A stretch of DNA of 64,000 bases from an uncultured Aminicenantes bacterium (GTDB lineage Bacteria; Acidobacteriota; Aminicenantia; UBA2199). A program made the position numbers and the translations under genes. The notes under the pieces are model-generated. The model ran no database searches, was not told the origin of the DNA, and worked only from the letters and a program-made list of their open reading frames with translations. The stretch lies in NCBI GenBank assembly GCA_965195285.1, contig CBDAFS010000015.1, forward strand, positions 32,001-96,000, written 5' to 3'. Shown in pieces: positions 45,784-56,130 of the stretch (the first letter of the stretch is position 1; each line of letters begins with the position of its first letter).

Positions 45784-47985
45784 ATGATACATTCTTACCT
45801 TGTGATGAAAGTAAAAGCCAGAGTGATGATTGTTGTTTTTCTACTCAGTATCTCTTTCTACTGTTTTGGAGAAAAAATTGTTATCCAGGCTCAAAAAAAA
45901 GAATTTATTGATGATATATTCAAGGCTGAGGGTGATGTTGAGGTGATCTGGGGAGATTATCACATTTTTGCCCAGTATGTGGAGTATAATAAAAAAACCG
46001 GTATTGTGATAGCCCGGGGACGCGTGACCATGTCCTCCAAAGACAGTATTATAAGCGGGGAGGAAATGACCTTTAATACCAAAGATAAAACCGGAGAGAT
46101 CATTGATGCTTACGGAATGATGAAGCCCACCATCCGTTATGAAACCGATCATTTAAAACAAATTGATGATGATACCCTGACCTTTGATAAAATGGACTTC
46201 ACCTCCTGTTCCCAGTTAAAACCCAGATGGAAGATTACCTGTAAAGAGGGAAAAATAAAAAAGGAAAAATATGTGGAGATGAAGCATGCGGTTTTCTGGA
46301 TTAAAAAGATTCCTTTTTTTTATATTCCATATATCAAATATCCGGTGGATAAAGACGGCCGGGCTACCGGTTTCTTATTTCCAAACTTCGGTTATTCAGA
46401 TCTCAGGGGGTATTATATTTTGAATGCTTTTTTCTGGGAACTTAATTCCAATTTGGATTTGACCATCGGTCTGGATTATTATTCACAGGTTGGCTTGGGT
46501 AGCCATGAAGAACTGCGTTATCTTTATCGGAATATGAGTGGTTTTGTCAAGTTTTACTATTTCAATTATTCGGAAGACAGTGTGTTTCAAACCGACTCCG
46601 AATACGATTACTATATAAAGGCGGAACATTTACAGAATATTAATTTTTTAAATACCAAAGTTATTTTCAAGGTCAATTACCCTAGCGACCCCAATTTTCT
46701 AAGGCAATTTAACAATAACTTTGACACGATTCTCAGTACCAATTTCAATTCGTCATTTGCCCTGACATCATCTTTTTCGATTTTTAATTTTTCAATTTCC
46801 GCCTCTCGGTATGAAACATATATTCTTCAGGAGGAGGTCAATGATTTGGGCGAGGTGGAGCTGGTGGGTTCTTCCAAGTATAACTTAACGCTTCCATCCA
46901 TTTCCCTGAATGTCAAGCAAAAGAAAATCGGAAAGCTTCCCGGTTATTTTTCTCTGAACTCAACCTATGAAAGTACAGAAAGAGGCGGTCTGGTACTGGA
47001 AGGAGAGCCGGAATTTGATTCTGATGAACGTTCGAACCGGTTCATTGTTATTCCTCAATACACCTTGAGTTTGGTTAAACTTCCCTGGTTAAACGCAAGT
47101 GTAACACTGGATTCCCACAACAGTTTTTACGGAAGGAGTAAAGATCCTGAAACCGAGGAAGTGGTTGATGTGCCCTTGCGTATCAGTTATCAGGAAGCCA
47201 AATTTGTGCTGAAGGGTCCCATTTTTTATAAAATTTTCGATTCAAAAAAGAAGAAAACCAAGCATCTGATTGAACCCCAGGTGACCTTTCGTTATGCTAC
47301 TTCTATTCCTGAGGAAGACCGGGAAAGAATGTTGATGGTTGATCTCAAGGACTACCCATCTTACTCTTATGTTGGGTTCAGTTTGACCAGCCGGTTGATT
47401 ACCAAAGACAGAGCCGGGAATGAATCTCCTAGAGAAATTTTGAGCTTTAGTCTGAGCCAGGAATATTATCTGGACCCGGAAGAAGCCAACCATAACAAGA
47501 CGATCAACGATACCTATCCGGAATTTTCCGATTTGAGGGCAAGCTTGAGGTTCAAACCCTTTAAGAATTTCTCTCTGAATGTCAACGTGTCTTATAATTA
47601 TTTTATCGAAGATTTTACCAGGATCAATGCCAAAATCGCTTATGATAATGAGAATAGTGTGGTCAACGGATATTTTTCTTATTCCAAGACCCGAAATGCC
47701 TATACAGCTGCTGATTATTTTTTCAACCGAGAGATCATTCGCGCCCTTGTTAATTTGAATTTAAAGGGGTTTCCCTTGAAGCTTTCATCGGATATCAACT
47801 ATGATATCACGGAAAAGGAATTCCGTTCAGCCTCAATCAAGGCAATTCTGGATTATCAGTGTGTGATCATCAATGCAGAATTCAAGATTTTTTCATATTG
47901 GGGTCGGGAAGAGACTCAGTTTAATATCGGGGTGAGTTTCGGAAACCTGGGAATGGTATCCAATTTTTTTGGTGAGGGTGAGTAA
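45784..47985 (+). CDS. lptD: LPS assembly protein LptD
   Basis: N-terminal beta-jellyroll, FTSC...P.W, TGFLFP, C-terminal barrel YQC; start uncertain (45784 or 45805). Confidence 0.85.
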   Translation: MIHSYLVMKVKARVMIVVFLLSISFYCFGEKIVIQAQKKEFIDDIFKAEGDVEVIWGDYHIFAQYVEYNKKTGIVIARGRVTMSSKDSIISGEEMTFNTKDKTGEIIDAYGMMKPTIRYETDHLKQIDDDTLTFDKMDFTSCSQLKPRWKITCKEGKIKKEKYVEMKHAVFWIKKIPFFYIPYIKYPVDKDGRATGFLFPNFGYSDLRGYYILNAFFWELNSNLDLTIGLDYYSQVGLGSHEELRYLYRNMSGFVKFYYFNYSEDSVFQTDSEYDYYIKAEHLQNINFLNTKVIFKVNYPSDPNFLRQFNNNFDTILSTNFNSSFALTSSFSIFNFSISASRYETYILQEEVNDLGEVELVGSSKYNLTLPSISLNVKQKKIGKLPGYFSLNSTYESTERGGLVLEGEPEFDSDERSNRFIVIPQYTLSLVKLPWLNASVTLDSHNSFYGRSKDPETEEVVDVPLRISYQEAKFVLKGPIFYKIFDSKKKKTKHLIEPQVTFRYATSIPEEDRERMLMVDLKDYPSYSYVGFSLTSRLITKDRAGNESPREILSFSLSQEYYLDPEEANHNKTINDTYPEFSDLRASLRFKPFKNFSLNVNVSYNYFIEDFTRINAKIAYDNENSVVNGYFSYSKTRNAYTAADYFFNREIIRALVNLNLKGFPLKLSSDINYDITEKEFRSASIKAILDYQCVIINAEFKIFSYWGREETQFNIGVSFGNLGMVSNFFGEGE

Positions 47986-47987
47986 CC

Positions 47988-48923
47988 ATGCACCGCATTC
48001 TGGTTACTGGCTGTTCCGGATTCTTGTCCCGTTATTTAATCGATCTGCTGAAAGACAAAAAAGGATATGAGATCCATGGCCTCACTGAGGTAGAAGATTT
48101 CAAATCAAGTCAGTGCCGGGTATATCATTTAGACTTAAGGGACCCGGATAAAATGAGCCGGGTCATTAAGTCGGTCAAGCCAGAAATTGTCTATCATCTG
48201 GCAGCGGTTTCCAATGTAGGATACAGCTGGAAAAACCAGCGATTGACCTATGAAGTAAATTTTATCGGCAGTTCGAATATGCTTGAGAATCTGTGGCAGC
48301 ATTGTCCTGAATCCAGGATTATTCTCATGAGTTCAGCGGAACTCTACGGTGGAGGCGGTAAAAAGCCGATAAAAGAAAACCTGCCAACTGATATTCGGAA
48401 CCCCTATGCGCTTTCCAAGCTGGCCATGGAAATGGTCGGAGATATGTATTTCAACTCATTGGGTATGGATATCATCAAGGTGAGATCCTTTAATTTTACC
48501 GGTCCCGGTCAGGACAAAAATTTTGTCTGTTCTGATTTTGCCTGTCAAATTGCGGAAATTGAAAGAAGCAGAAGAGATCCGGTTATCCGAGTGGGTAATC
48601 TGGCTGCAGTGAGAGATTTTTCGGATGTGAGGGATATTGCCGGTTATCTCATTGCTATTGGGGAACAGGGCGAGAGGGGGAGTTTATATCATGTTTGCTC
48701 GGGGACCGGTTATTCCATAGACTCAATGCTGGAAACTTTGCTCTCATTTTCAAAGATAAAAATTGAGGTAGAGGTTGACCGGTCAAAGTTCAGGCCGGTC
48801 GATATTCCGTTTCTGGTCGGAGATTGTAGTTTGATCAGAAAAAAGTTTAATTGTAATCCCCGATTTGATTTACGTCAGACCCTGCTGGATGTTTTAAATT
48901 ACTGGAGAAACCGAATCAGATGA
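47988..48923 (+). CDS. GDP-sugar SDR (Rmd / GDP-mannose 4,6-dehydratase-like)
   Basis: TGCSGF, HLAA, YALSK, FN.TGPGQ, GNL..VRDF.DVRD. Confidence 0.85.
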   Translation: MHRILVTGCSGFLSRYLIDLLKDKKGYEIHGLTEVEDFKSSQCRVYHLDLRDPDKMSRVIKSVKPEIVYHLAAVSNVGYSWKNQRLTYEVNFIGSSNMLENLWQHCPESRIILMSSAELYGGGGKKPIKENLPTDIRNPYALSKLAMEMVGDMYFNSLGMDIIKVRSFNFTGPGQDKNFVCSDFACQIAEIERSRRDPVIRVGNLAAVRDFSDVRDIAGYLIAIGEQGERGSLYHVCSGTGYSIDSMLETLLSFSKIKIEVEVDRSKFRPVDIPFLVGDCSLIRKKFNCNPRFDLRQTLLDVLNYWRNRIR

Positions 48924-50053
48924 ACGTTCATATGATAACCGACAGATTTTCGATGGGCGGCGGTGCGGAGCATATATTTCAGGTGGTGAAGGGCATCAGA
49001 GAGATTGATTTCAGGATCTTCGCATATCCGGCCAGCTCCGGCCATCCGGCGGAATCCGAACGGGTAATGTCCAAGTTCAAGGCATTGAATAATGTGCTAT
49101 TGGATGATGAGGGGTATGTACCGGGATCTGTTTTACAAAACAAGCCGGACATCATTCATTTTCATCACCTGCTTCCACTGTTTCATTTTTATAAAAATCC
49201 GTTCAGGCAACATAAAGTACCGGTAATATTTACTGCCCATGGTTTGCATATTCACAAGTATGAATTCTCCAACCAACAGTGGCTCCAAAAAGCATCCAGC
49301 CGGATAAAATATATTTTGCGTTTCATACTGGAAAAATATTTACTCAAACAGGTTGACCGGATCATAGCGGTTTCAAGAGAGGATGAGCTATTTATACAAT
49401 CGGAATACCAACTGAATAATGTGACTTATCTCACCAATGGGATCGCCATTGATTGCCTGGGTATATCTGATAGTGTTTCCAGAACTGAGTTGAGAAAGTC
49501 ATTGAATTTACCGGTTGATTGTTTTTTGTTCATGACCGTGGCCCGGTTCAATTTTCAGAAGGCCTATGATTTTCTGATCAATACGATTGGCCCCATTGGA
49601 GGATTTTTAAAGGAAAACAAAGTTCGATTTATTCTGGTCGGGGGCGGAGCCGAATTCGATCGTATTCAGAAAATGGTGGTTGATCTTGGATTATCTTCAT
49701 TCGTTTCTTTCCTGGGTGAGAGAACCGATAGTCTTAAGTTGATCAAAGCCGGAGATATTTTTCTGTTGCCATCACGGTGGGAGGGACTTCCGATTGTGCT
49801 TTTGGAGTGCGGATTGTTGCAGGTGCCGGTGATTGCTTCCGATACTTATGGTAACCGAGAAATCATCGGGCAGGACAATGGAATTCTATTCAAGAATTTG
49901 GATGGTCCGGAATTGATTAAGGTGATAAAAAAAGCGGTAAATAGAGAGTACGACTGGGATCCGCTGATTAAAAACCTGAAACGGGAAGTACAACAGAACT
50001 ACAGCATTGAAAAAATGCTCGCCGGATTGAGAGCCATTTACAATTCTTTCTGA
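48920..50053 (+). CDS. Glycosyltransferase family 4
   Basis: GGGAE, TAHG, ARF..QK, PSRWEGLP...LE. Confidence 0.92.
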   Translation: MNVHMITDRFSMGGGAEHIFQVVKGIREIDFRIFAYPASSGHPAESERVMSKFKALNNVLLDDEGYVPGSVLQNKPDIIHFHHLLPLFHFYKNPFRQHKVPVIFTAHGLHIHKYEFSNQQWLQKASSRIKYILRFILEKYLLKQVDRIIAVSREDELFIQSEYQLNNVTYLTNGIAIDCLGISDSVSRTELRKSLNLPVDCFLFMTVARFNFQKAYDFLINTIGPIGGFLKENKVRFILVGGGAEFDRIQKMVVDLGLSSFVSFLGERTDSLKLIKAGDIFLLPSRWEGLPIVLLECGLLQVPVIASDTYGNREIIGQDNGILFKNLDGPELIKVIKKAVNREYDWDPLIKNLKREVQQNYSIEKMLAGLRAIYNSF

Positions 50054-50101
50054 ATAAAATCCATTTCATCTCCTTCTTTTGCCGGATTGACGGTTTTTTC
50101 T

Positions 50102-51790
50102 TTAATATAATCCCAGGTTATTCAACTGAATAGTGCCTTGGGTATCCGGGTAGGCGATGGCATTGTTGATGGAAATGAAAATAGCATAAATTTTGGACAT
50201 ATCCGGTTTGACTACTGGGCCGTGAATCAAATGAAATTTATGAAAAGGTATGGAATGGTGGTTCCAGTCCGGTTCAACCAGAAAGGAATGCCTGAACCAG
50301 CTTTCTCCCTGCTGGGTTCTGATCCTGAACTCAATCCAGAGGCGGGATGTGTTTTTTCCCCGACTCTGGAAGGCAAATCCCGAATAGTTACTCAGGTCAA
50401 ACCGGTTTCTGGCAGTAAGAGCAGCCCAAAAATCTTTTTGATCGGAGGTTTTTTTCAATTCGTAATCGAAGCGGGTTTGCCAATCCTGTGTAGGCAATTG
50501 TCGGGTGGAAACCGATCCACTGGACATGGAATTGGTCTCAATTGAAAAAAAATCCTCACGATTTACCAACAACTTGCTGATGAGATGTCTCTGGCGGGGC
50601 CGATCCGGATACTCCTTGCCGATATAAAAGGGATTGGTAAGTATCCAGGGGATTTTCCTGAAGCTGTTGTCGCTGACAAAAATCTCTGCCCGGTAAATCC
50701 CCGGGCCTGATATTTTATAGGACAGGTTTTTTTTGAGATTTCGGGTTGTTTTCTGGAAGAGGGTACCGTCTTTTTTTATGACAATATCGGTTTCAAAGTC
50801 AAAAGGCAACCTCAGGTGGATGGTCCCTTCGGTTGTCCCGGTGGATTCACCCATTTCAAGCATATCTCCTGTTGAATTGGCAAAATAAATTTTAAAACCA
50901 TTGGCCGGTGCAATGGCTTCCACCACATTGAAAAAATGGCCTTGTTTAATGGCCTTAGTGATGATGGAAGCAGATTGGTGGGGATCCTGGCTGAGATTAC
51001 GATCGATTTTAACATAGGTGTTGAATATTTCAAACATGGACTGGTAAGAGGGGAAATGCAATTTGATGTTCCGAGAAATAGGCAGAACTGCATGGGCATC
51101 GCAGGCATAAATGGCCAAATATTTTCCACTTTGACTCAGTGAATCCCAGAAATCAATGTGCCTCTGCGGGTAATACAGGGTTTTTAGCAGGGCATAGCGT
51201 TTATTGAATAAATATTGAAGCGGGAATGTTAACAATTTGAACCATCCCCTCTTCCGGGCAAAACTGTAAGAATTGAATACTTCAATGCCGCTGAACTCAT
51301 GAATATCCCAATCAGTCCAGGGAATCTTGTCGTCGAAGGGATGGGATATAAAGCTGACTCCTTGATCCCGGTTGATATCATCAATGGCCTCCTGCGGTTC
51401 GGGGGGGAAGTGATAATTGGGGACTTTGAAGCCAAAAACCGCCAGATGGCCCGAATTTAACGAGAGTTCTGATCCTCCGATGAGCAACACATCGTTCATC
51501 CATGATGTGGATTTCGAACACATTAGGTTGGGTTCGCCATGGTCGGTTAGAATGATAAAATCCTGTTTCGCTTGTTTGGCAGCCCGGGTTATTTCATCCA
51601 CTGAACCTTTGCCATCTGAAAAATTGGAATGGACATGATAAACACCCTTAACATATCCGGAAGACATGGGAAGGGTATTGATTTCCTGGTGATAAAAAAG
51701 TGGAGGTAAAACAATTATTAATAAGAATATAATAACCAGGTAAAGCCCGTAGCGGAGAAGTTTCTTGCCTTTTTCTTTTGGCTGGTCCAT
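50102..51790 (-). CDS. Membrane-anchored PHP-domain metallohydrolase with C-terminal CIA30/CBM11-like domain
   Basis: HVHS..SDG, TDH, HP, EV.N and DAH motifs; N-terminal TM. Confidence 0.82.
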   Translation of the reverse strand: MDQPKEKGKKLLRYGLYLVIIFLLIIVLPPLFYHQEINTLPMSSGYVKGVYHVHSNFSDGKGSVDEITRAAKQAKQDFIILTDHGEPNLMCSKSTSWMNDVLLIGGSELSLNSGHLAVFGFKVPNYHFPPEPQEAIDDINRDQGVSFISHPFDDKIPWTDWDIHEFSGIEVFNSYSFARKRGWFKLLTFPLQYLFNKRYALLKTLYYPQRHIDFWDSLSQSGKYLAIYACDAHAVLPISRNIKLHFPSYQSMFEIFNTYVKIDRNLSQDPHQSASIITKAIKQGHFFNVVEAIAPANGFKIYFANSTGDMLEMGESTGTTEGTIHLRLPFDFETDIVIKKDGTLFQKTTRNLKKNLSYKISGPGIYRAEIFVSDNSFRKIPWILTNPFYIGKEYPDRPRQRHLISKLLVNREDFFSIETNSMSSGSVSTRQLPTQDWQTRFDYELKKTSDQKDFWAALTARNRFDLSNYSGFAFQSRGKNTSRLWIEFRIRTQQGESWFRHSFLVEPDWNHHSIPFHKFHLIHGPVVKPDMSKIYAIFISINNAIAYPDTQGTIQLNNLGLY

Positions 51791-52037
51791 TTTATCAGTT
51801 TAAAAAAAAATAAATCGGATAACTTATTATTATATCATCAGCCCGAAACAAAGTCAAAATTATGGCGGTCTTTAATTGTAAAATGAACCTGGATACAGGT
51901 CCTCGGATCTTGTGGATATGGGACGCTGGAACGGGTACCGGCTTGATTTTTTCAGCAAAATAGGATATAAATCTATTTGAAATTATACCGGTTGGGACTA
52001 TGCGTCATTTCTGAAATTACTACAAAATCAGATCATT

Positions 52038-52892
52038 ATGGATGATTATTATAAAAATTTAACCGACTGCGTTAACCAATCTCTCCTTCAGGGAATTAAT
52101 CCCAGCAAAAATTACCTGGAGGGAGCGGTTTACTATTCACTTTCTGTGAAGGGAAAGCGATTTCGTCCCCTGTTATTTCTCAGCTTGATCGAGGGATTTG
52201 GTCAATCACCCACCCAATACATTGATATTGCCTGTGGAATTGAATATATTCATACCTATTCACTGATTCATGATGACCTGCCAACCATGGACAATGATGA
52301 TTTTCGTCGCGGCATGCCCACAGTACATAAACAGTTTAATGAACCGATTGCACTGCTGGCCGGAGACACACTCCTGACCCTGGCCATTGAAAGGGTTTCC
52401 CAGGCCAATATTTCGGAGCAAAAGACTGTCAGAATTATAAGGATATTGACTTCCTGTATCGGCCTCAGAGGCATGGCAGGCGGGCAGGCAATGGATCTGG
52501 AGTTCAAAGGGGAGAAGGAAAAAATTTTCAGGATTCAACGGATGAAAACAGCTGATTTGATCAGGGGAACACTATTGTCCGCTGCAGAGGTTTTGGATAT
52601 GACCGATGTTCAAAAAAAAGCACTGGATATGGCCGGAGTGTTCATCGGAATTGCATTTCAGATGGCCGATGATTTACTGGATGTTATCGGCGATGAGCAT
52701 GAAGTGGGGAAAAAGCTGCATAAAGATGCACTCAATAAGAGTCCGAATTCCGTGGTTTTTTACGGCAGGGAATTTATCGAGGAAAAAATTGATTTTTTAT
52801 ACCAAAAAACCATGGAAAAATTAAAAGAAATCAAGATTGAATTTCCACCTTTTTTAAATTTAATAAAAAAAATGGCCTACCGGAGCCGATAA
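52038..52892 (+). CDS. ispA: Farnesyl/geranylgeranyl diphosphate synthase
   Basis: GKRFRP, SLIHDDLP.MDND..RRG, FQMADDLLD. Confidence 0.93.
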   Translation: MDDYYKNLTDCVNQSLLQGINPSKNYLEGAVYYSLSVKGKRFRPLLFLSLIEGFGQSPTQYIDIACGIEYIHTYSLIHDDLPTMDNDDFRRGMPTVHKQFNEPIALLAGDTLLTLAIERVSQANISEQKTVRIIRILTSCIGLRGMAGGQAMDLEFKGEKEKIFRIQRMKTADLIRGTLLSAAEVLDMTDVQKKALDMAGVFIGIAFQMADDLLDVIGDEHEVGKKLHKDALNKSPNSVVFYGREFIEEKIDFLYQKTMEKLKEIKIEFPPFLNLIKKMAYRSR

Positions 52893-54808
52893 TGGGGATA
52901 CTGGACAAGGTTAATTTTCCATCTGATCTCAAGAAACTGTCATTTCAGGAATTAGATCGATTATCCGCAGAAATCCGGGATGTCATTATCGATGTGGTAT
53001 CCCGAAGCGGTGGCCATCTGTCATCCAATCTGGGTGTGGTTGATTTGACTTTATCGCTCCATCTGGCTTTCAATACTCCCCGGGACAAAATAATCTGGGA
53101 TGTTGGACATCAGAGCTATACCCATAAAATCATAACCGGAAGAAAGGAAAGTATCTTTACCATCAGACAGAAGGGCGGTCTGGCCGGATATCCGGATATT
53201 CATGAGTCTGAACATGATTGCCTGAATACCGGACATGCGTCAACCTCACTGGCTTTTGCATCGGGTATGGCAGTGGCCAGGGATATGAATAAAAAAGATT
53301 TTCATATCATTGCCGTACTGGGTGACGGGGCGTTAACCGGTGGTATGGCTCTGGAGGCCCTGAGTCACATCGGTCAGGTGAAACAGAGATTGATTATTGT
53401 ATTGAATGACAACAAAATGTCCATCTCTCCGAATGTGGGGGGGATATCCAAGCATTTGAATTATCTGGTTGCCGGCAGGCCCTATATCCGTTTAAAGGAA
53501 ATGCTGCAATCCGTTATGGGTTCCATTCCCGGAATTGGCAAGTCCATGGTTGAAGTGGCCCGGAAGATTGAAGTGTTGATGCGAACCATGATGGTACCCG
53601 GATCATTATTCGATGAACTGGGTGTAAAATATATCGGTCCCATTAATGGTCACAACATCAAGGAGATGATTAAAGAATTTGAAGAGGCCAAAAAGTATGA
53701 TTTTCCGGTCCTGTTGCATGTGGTGACCAAAAAGGGAAAAGGATATCAGCCAGCTGCCGATAATCCGGTATCTTTTCACTCATCGGCTCCTTTTGATATT
53801 CAGAACGGAAAATTCATTAAGCCGGGAAATAAACCTTCTTACTCAAAAATTTTCGGCCAGACGGTCCTGGAGTTGGTCAGGAAGGATAACAAAATTATAG
53901 CCCTTACCGCAGCCATGCCCGAAGGTACGGGTCTGGATATTGTTCAGAAGGAGTTCCCCGATAACTTTTTCGATGTGGGCATTGCCGAGCAATACATGTT
54001 TGATTTTGCCGGTGGGCTTTCGCTGGGAGGAATGAAACCGGTAATTGGAATATATTCCACTTTCATGCAGCGGGCCATTGATCAGATTATTCATGATTTC
54101 ACCTTGATGGATATCCCGGTAGTTGTAGGGATAGATCGGGCCGGTCTGGTCGGCGGCGACGGAAGTACCCATCAGGGCATTTATGATATTGCCATGCTCA
54201 GATCACTACCCAATGTGGTGATGATGGCTCCAAAGGATGAAAATGAACTTCAACATATGATTTATACCGGGACCCGGTTGAACCGGATAGTTTTCATCCG
54301 ATATCCAAAAGAACCGGGGGTGGGAGTGGACCTGGATAAACGGTATAATGAGATCCCTTTTTCCAAAGCTGAAATCATGAGGGATGGCCGGGATGCGGTG
54401 GTTTTTGCGGTGGGTCCGCTGGTATACCAGGTTATAGAGGCTGCGGAGAAGCTGGCCAAGAAGGATCGGATAAATATCACCGTGGTTAATATCCGATATG
54501 TTAAGCCTTTTGACAAGGAATTGATTCTCAAGCTGGTCAGGAAAACCCGCAAGATTATAACCGTTGAGGATGGAATCAAGAACGGTGGATTTGGTTCAAT
54601 GATCCAGGAGTTGCTAATTTCCGAGAGTATAAAAAAATACAACATTTTATCCCTGGGTGTTTCAGAAGGGATTATTGAAGTGGCTTCCCGACAAGAACTA
54701 CTGGAGAAATATCACCTGGATTCGGGGGGTCTGGTCAGAGAAATCAGGAATTTTTTGAAAAAAAATATTATAAACCGAATTTTAAATCCCAATATAGACA
54801 GAAGGTAA
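52892..54808 (+). CDS. dxs: 1-deoxy-D-xylulose-5-phosphate synthase
   Basis: GGHL, WDVGHQ, GDGA...NDN, IAEQ, YSTF, DRAG. Confidence 0.97.
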   Translation: MGILDKVNFPSDLKKLSFQELDRLSAEIRDVIIDVVSRSGGHLSSNLGVVDLTLSLHLAFNTPRDKIIWDVGHQSYTHKIITGRKESIFTIRQKGGLAGYPDIHESEHDCLNTGHASTSLAFASGMAVARDMNKKDFHIIAVLGDGALTGGMALEALSHIGQVKQRLIIVLNDNKMSISPNVGGISKHLNYLVAGRPYIRLKEMLQSVMGSIPGIGKSMVEVARKIEVLMRTMMVPGSLFDELGVKYIGPINGHNIKEMIKEFEEAKKYDFPVLLHVVTKKGKGYQPAADNPVSFHSSAPFDIQNGKFIKPGNKPSYSKIFGQTVLELVRKDNKIIALTAAMPEGTGLDIVQKEFPDNFFDVGIAEQYMFDFAGGLSLGGMKPVIGIYSTFMQRAIDQIIHDFTLMDIPVVVGIDRAGLVGGDGSTHQGIYDIAMLRSLPNVVMMAPKDENELQHMIYTGTRLNRIVFIRYPKEPGVGVDLDKRYNEIPFSKAEIMRDGRDAVVFAVGPLVYQVIEAAEKLAKKDRINITVVNIRYVKPFDKELILKLVRKTRKIITVEDGIKNGGFGSMIQELLISESIKKYNILSLGVSEGIIEVASRQELLEKYHLDSGGLVREIRNFLKKNIINRILNPNIDRR

Positions 54809-54846
54809 AGACATTTTTATTGGTTGGACCGGGTTTCCCCGGATGA

Positions 54847-56130
54847 TCAATCCGGTATCAATTGTCCGGTTAGCTGAATCAATTCAATTTCCTTTAATTT
54901 GGCTTCGTATTTGGCAGTGGATACATTACTGCGGGAACGAATAAGGTTGATCTGGGCTTCCCGGAACTGGGTAGTGGTTACCTGTCCCAGATTATACAAT
55001 TCTTGGGTTCGCTTGAAATTCAATTCTGCTGCCTCAACATATTGCTTTTGCAGGTCCAGCTCTAGCAAATTGTTCTTGTAGGCTTCATAGACATTAATAA
55101 CCTTTTTTTCAAGAGTCAAGCGCTGGTCACGAACGGTTAATTCCTGGTTTTTCAATTCAATTTTGGCAATTTTTCTCTGCACGACGTTTTTGAAACCGTC
55201 GAAGAGATTTAGCTGGAGATTCAGGCCGATGCGGGTATTTTCTTGGGGATCGTTAAGTGAAATTCCCCAGCCTCCTATACTCTGGTTGAGTCCATAGGAA
55301 GCGGAAAAAACCAGACGCGGATAGAATACCGAACTCGAAATTTTCACATCCAGTTGCAATTGTCTGAGATATTCCAGGGTTGACAAATAAGATGCATTAC
55401 TGGATAGTGCGCGGACTTTCAGGTTTTCCAGTTGCAGATCTGTCTGGAAACTGACTGCGGTTTCCACCCGAAAGGGATGATTTACCTCACGATTCAACAG
55501 TACATTCAGATTACGGCAGGCTTCTTCCCAGAGAAAACGTGTCCGGTTAAGGATTACCTGATCTGCGGCAAAATCCACCTGAGCAGATAAAACCTCAATG
55601 GTTGTAGCCCTTCCGTATAATGAGCGTTTCCGGGCCCGTACCAGGCGCTCTTGAGAAATCTGCAGCATCTCCTCGGAAATAATCATCTGTTCATATGCCG
55701 ATGCAGATGAATAATAGGCTGCACTCACCTCCAATAATATCAGTTCGACTTGGTTGCGGGCCTCCAGATGTCCCAGACGTTTTCCGGACTGTAATTTCTT
55801 CCAGTTGAAGATATTTCCCAGGCCATCAAAAAGGGTATAACTGGCCTGAATCTGGGTGCTGGTGGTGGTGCTGGTTTCTCTCTCATCGAATCCGATGCCA
55901 CCTTCTTGATAGCTGGCATCTCCGCTTAGTTCCAGCTTAGGAAGCAATCCGGCATTGCCGATATGGGCATTGCGGTTGGCAATCAGGATATTATTCCTGG
56001 CCATTCTAATCTTCAAATTTTCCTTCAGGGCAATGGAAAGCGCTCTGGAATAGTTCAAATGATCGACTTCAGCCGGCAGCCAGAGAACCGTTAAACTCAG
56101 TAATATAATCAGGGTCATTGGTTTGTTCAT
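54847..56130 (-). CDS. TolC family outer-membrane efflux protein
   Basis: Two OEP repeats (LLP...LFDG; YP...LFDG); ATGA overlap with the RND gene. Confidence 0.9.
   Translation of the reverse strand: MNKPMTLIILLSLTVLWLPAEVDHLNYSRALSIALKENLKIRMARNNILIANRNAHIGNAGLLPKLELSGDASYQEGGIGFDERETSTTTSTQIQASYTLFDGLGNIFNWKKLQSGKRLGHLEARNQVELILLEVSAAYYSSASAYEQMIISEEMLQISQERLVRARKRSLYGRATTIEVLSAQVDFAADQVILNRTRFLWEEACRNLNVLLNREVNHPFRVETAVSFQTDLQLENLKVRALSSNASYLSTLEYLRQLQLDVKISSSVFYPRLVFSASYGLNQSIGGWGISLNDPQENTRIGLNLQLNLFDGFKNVVQRKIAKIELKNQELTVRDQRLTLEKKVINVYEAYKNNLLELDLQKQYVEAAELNFKRTQELYNLGQVTTTQFREAQINLIRSRSNVSTAKYEAKLKEIELIQLTGQLIPD

Noticed and set aside
50021-50090. 10-bp repeat GCCGGATTGA near the GT4 stop
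   Set aside because: Too short to distinguish from chance, and no cargo lies between the copies
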